The notes under the pieces: model-generated | Told to the model about the DNA's origin: nothing | The model's database searches: none | Seen by the model: only the letters and a program-made list of their open reading frames with translations | Made by a program: the position numbers and the translations under genes | Shown here: positions 62,842 to 64,000 of the stretch, piece after piece | How positions within the stretch are numbered: the stretch's first letter is position 1 | How the letters are laid out: every line of letters starts with the position of its first letter | Assembly: GCA_963724295.1 (NCBI GenBank) | Contig: CAVRUC010000013.1 | Location: 320,001 to 384,000, forward strand | Origin: an uncultured Chloroflexia bacterium | Lineage (GTDB): Bacteria > Chloroflexota > Chloroflexia > Thermomicrobiales > UBA6265 | Direction of reading: 5' to 3' | DNA: 64,000 nucleotides

Positions 62842-63084
62842 GGAATTCCCTCGACCGGACGTCAGTGCATACACATGGCGCGCCCGTATCGTCAGCATAA
62901 CGCACGAGCGAAGGGTTCGCGATACTTCAATGCCCAGCCCGTGGCGCACGCACCCGAGCTCAACGCGGAGGGCGCGAGCGTCTCCGGTGGGGTCAGGGCA
63001 CATGTCTCCCTTGACCGTGCACGCAATCGAAGCAGCGGTTGGCTCCTACGCTGAAGTTCGCCCTATGACGATGGGCGATGCGAT

Positions 63085-63672
63085 CTAACTCTCAGCGGCG
63101 TGCCAGGCGTTGGGCACGACCTGACGCGTTGCCGCGACGGCACCTGGATTGGTCTGATGGCCGTCCTTGGCGAGCTCACGCTCCACGACCCCGGGCATGA
63201 TCTCGTTGATGCGCTCGATGGCTCCGGCATAGTCGGTCAGATGCCGCTCCGCCAGGGAGGCCACCCGCTGGTTGCCGAGACCCAGTGCCGTCGTATGCAG
63301 CATCGAGTAGCTGATGGCGGCCAGACTGAAGGCCGCGTAGTCATCACGCAGTGACTTGGAGATGCCTTCGGTGCGCACCAGATCGACGACCCCGGCCGCT
63401 TTGCCCAACAGGGTGGACCCGGCGGCGATGATGGGGTTCCCCGCGGTTGAGCCGACCTGCTCCTGTACCTGCTTGAGCGTGTCCCGGTGCTGCTTGACCA
63501 GGTCATGGAAGTGCTGCACCGCCGCTCGTGCCTCGGCATCGTCCTGCGTCTCGGTCAGTTGCCGATCCAGGGCTTCTTCGATATGGGATTCCAGCGCCAC
63601 CATATCGCCCACATAGTCGGCTATCGTCGTCTCGTGCTTCTGCTGCACATCCTGGTTGTTCTGACTCATCAT
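63085..63672 (-). CDS. Ferritin-like protein (DUF892/YciE-like); paralog of 14995-15582
   Basis: Nearly identical protein to the 14995 gene; AAGGGA RBS. Confidence 0.8.
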   Translation of the reverse strand: MMSQNNQDVQQKHETTIADYVGDMVALESHIEEALDRQLTETQDDAEARAAVQHFHDLVKQHRDTLKQVQEQVGSTAGNPIIAAGSTLLGKAAGVVDLVRTEGISKSLRDDYAAFSLAAISYSMLHTTALGLGNQRVASLAERHLTDYAGAIERINEIMPGVVERELAKDGHQTNPGAVAATRQVVPNAWHAAES

Positions 63673-64000
63673 GCCCAATGGTTCCCTTCTCGCCGACATC
63701 TTGAAGCCACTCGACCGTGTCGCCGCGCATGGCGGAACTGCTCCGCGGTCTCACCACGATTAGGGTGGCCTCTGCTCGGGGTCGGGTATCAGCCAACGCA
63801 GGAGAGACCGGCGGAGCGCTCCACCAACCGCTCTTGCACCGTCCATGCCAGGCTGCGAAAGCTCGGTGCAAGGGATCCGCACCCACGGGCGTACCGCCCT
63901 GGGCTAAGCTTGTGATCTAGCCGCAGCCAGCACATTTCGTTCGTACGGAGGAATATCTATGCTCCCGCGCCGCAGCCTGTCCCGCCGCACCGCCGTGGTT

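Noticed and set aside
62564..63000. T-box riboswitch upstream of proS
   Set aside because: No UGGNACC antiterminator bulge found on the sense strand

Overview
High-GC bacterial chromosomal segment. The gene content (secreted ferritin-like and DUF4397 proteins, XRE-ATPase-TPR regulator, LLM/F420 enzymes, archaeal/eukaryote-type ProRS, carotenoid glycoside-ester genes) suggests Chloroflexota, probably Thermomicrobiales (inference). Main blocks: (1) 1-10 kb, sugar/oxidoreductase genes and a GAF histidine kinase; (2) 10-24.4 kb, a photoprotection island with a B12-binding MerR regulator (CarH/LitR-like), fni-crtB, crtI, glycosyltransferase-cruF-acyltransferase, a pyrimidine-dimer glycosylase and ferritin-like genes, bracketed by two closely similar inward-facing promoter/operator sites 13 kb apart; (3) 28.7-34.3 kb, a lower-GC candidate defence island with darG-darT in reversed order, a small AT-hook protein and an uncharacterised 812-aa wHTH/Zn-ribbon/PD-(D/E)xK protein, preceded by a recombination scar that duplicates the 3' end of an SDR gene; (4) 34-64 kb, transport, redox and signalling genes, two paralogous secreted proteins, a SagB-like protein and proS with a possible leader-peptide attenuator. 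About eight genes carry frameshifts, mostly +1 insertions in G/C runs, probably sequencing errors. A family of short tandem/hairpin repeats occupies many intergenic spaces. No rRNA, tRNA, CRISPR array, integrase or transposase was recognised. All calls come from reading motifs by eye; no database search was run.
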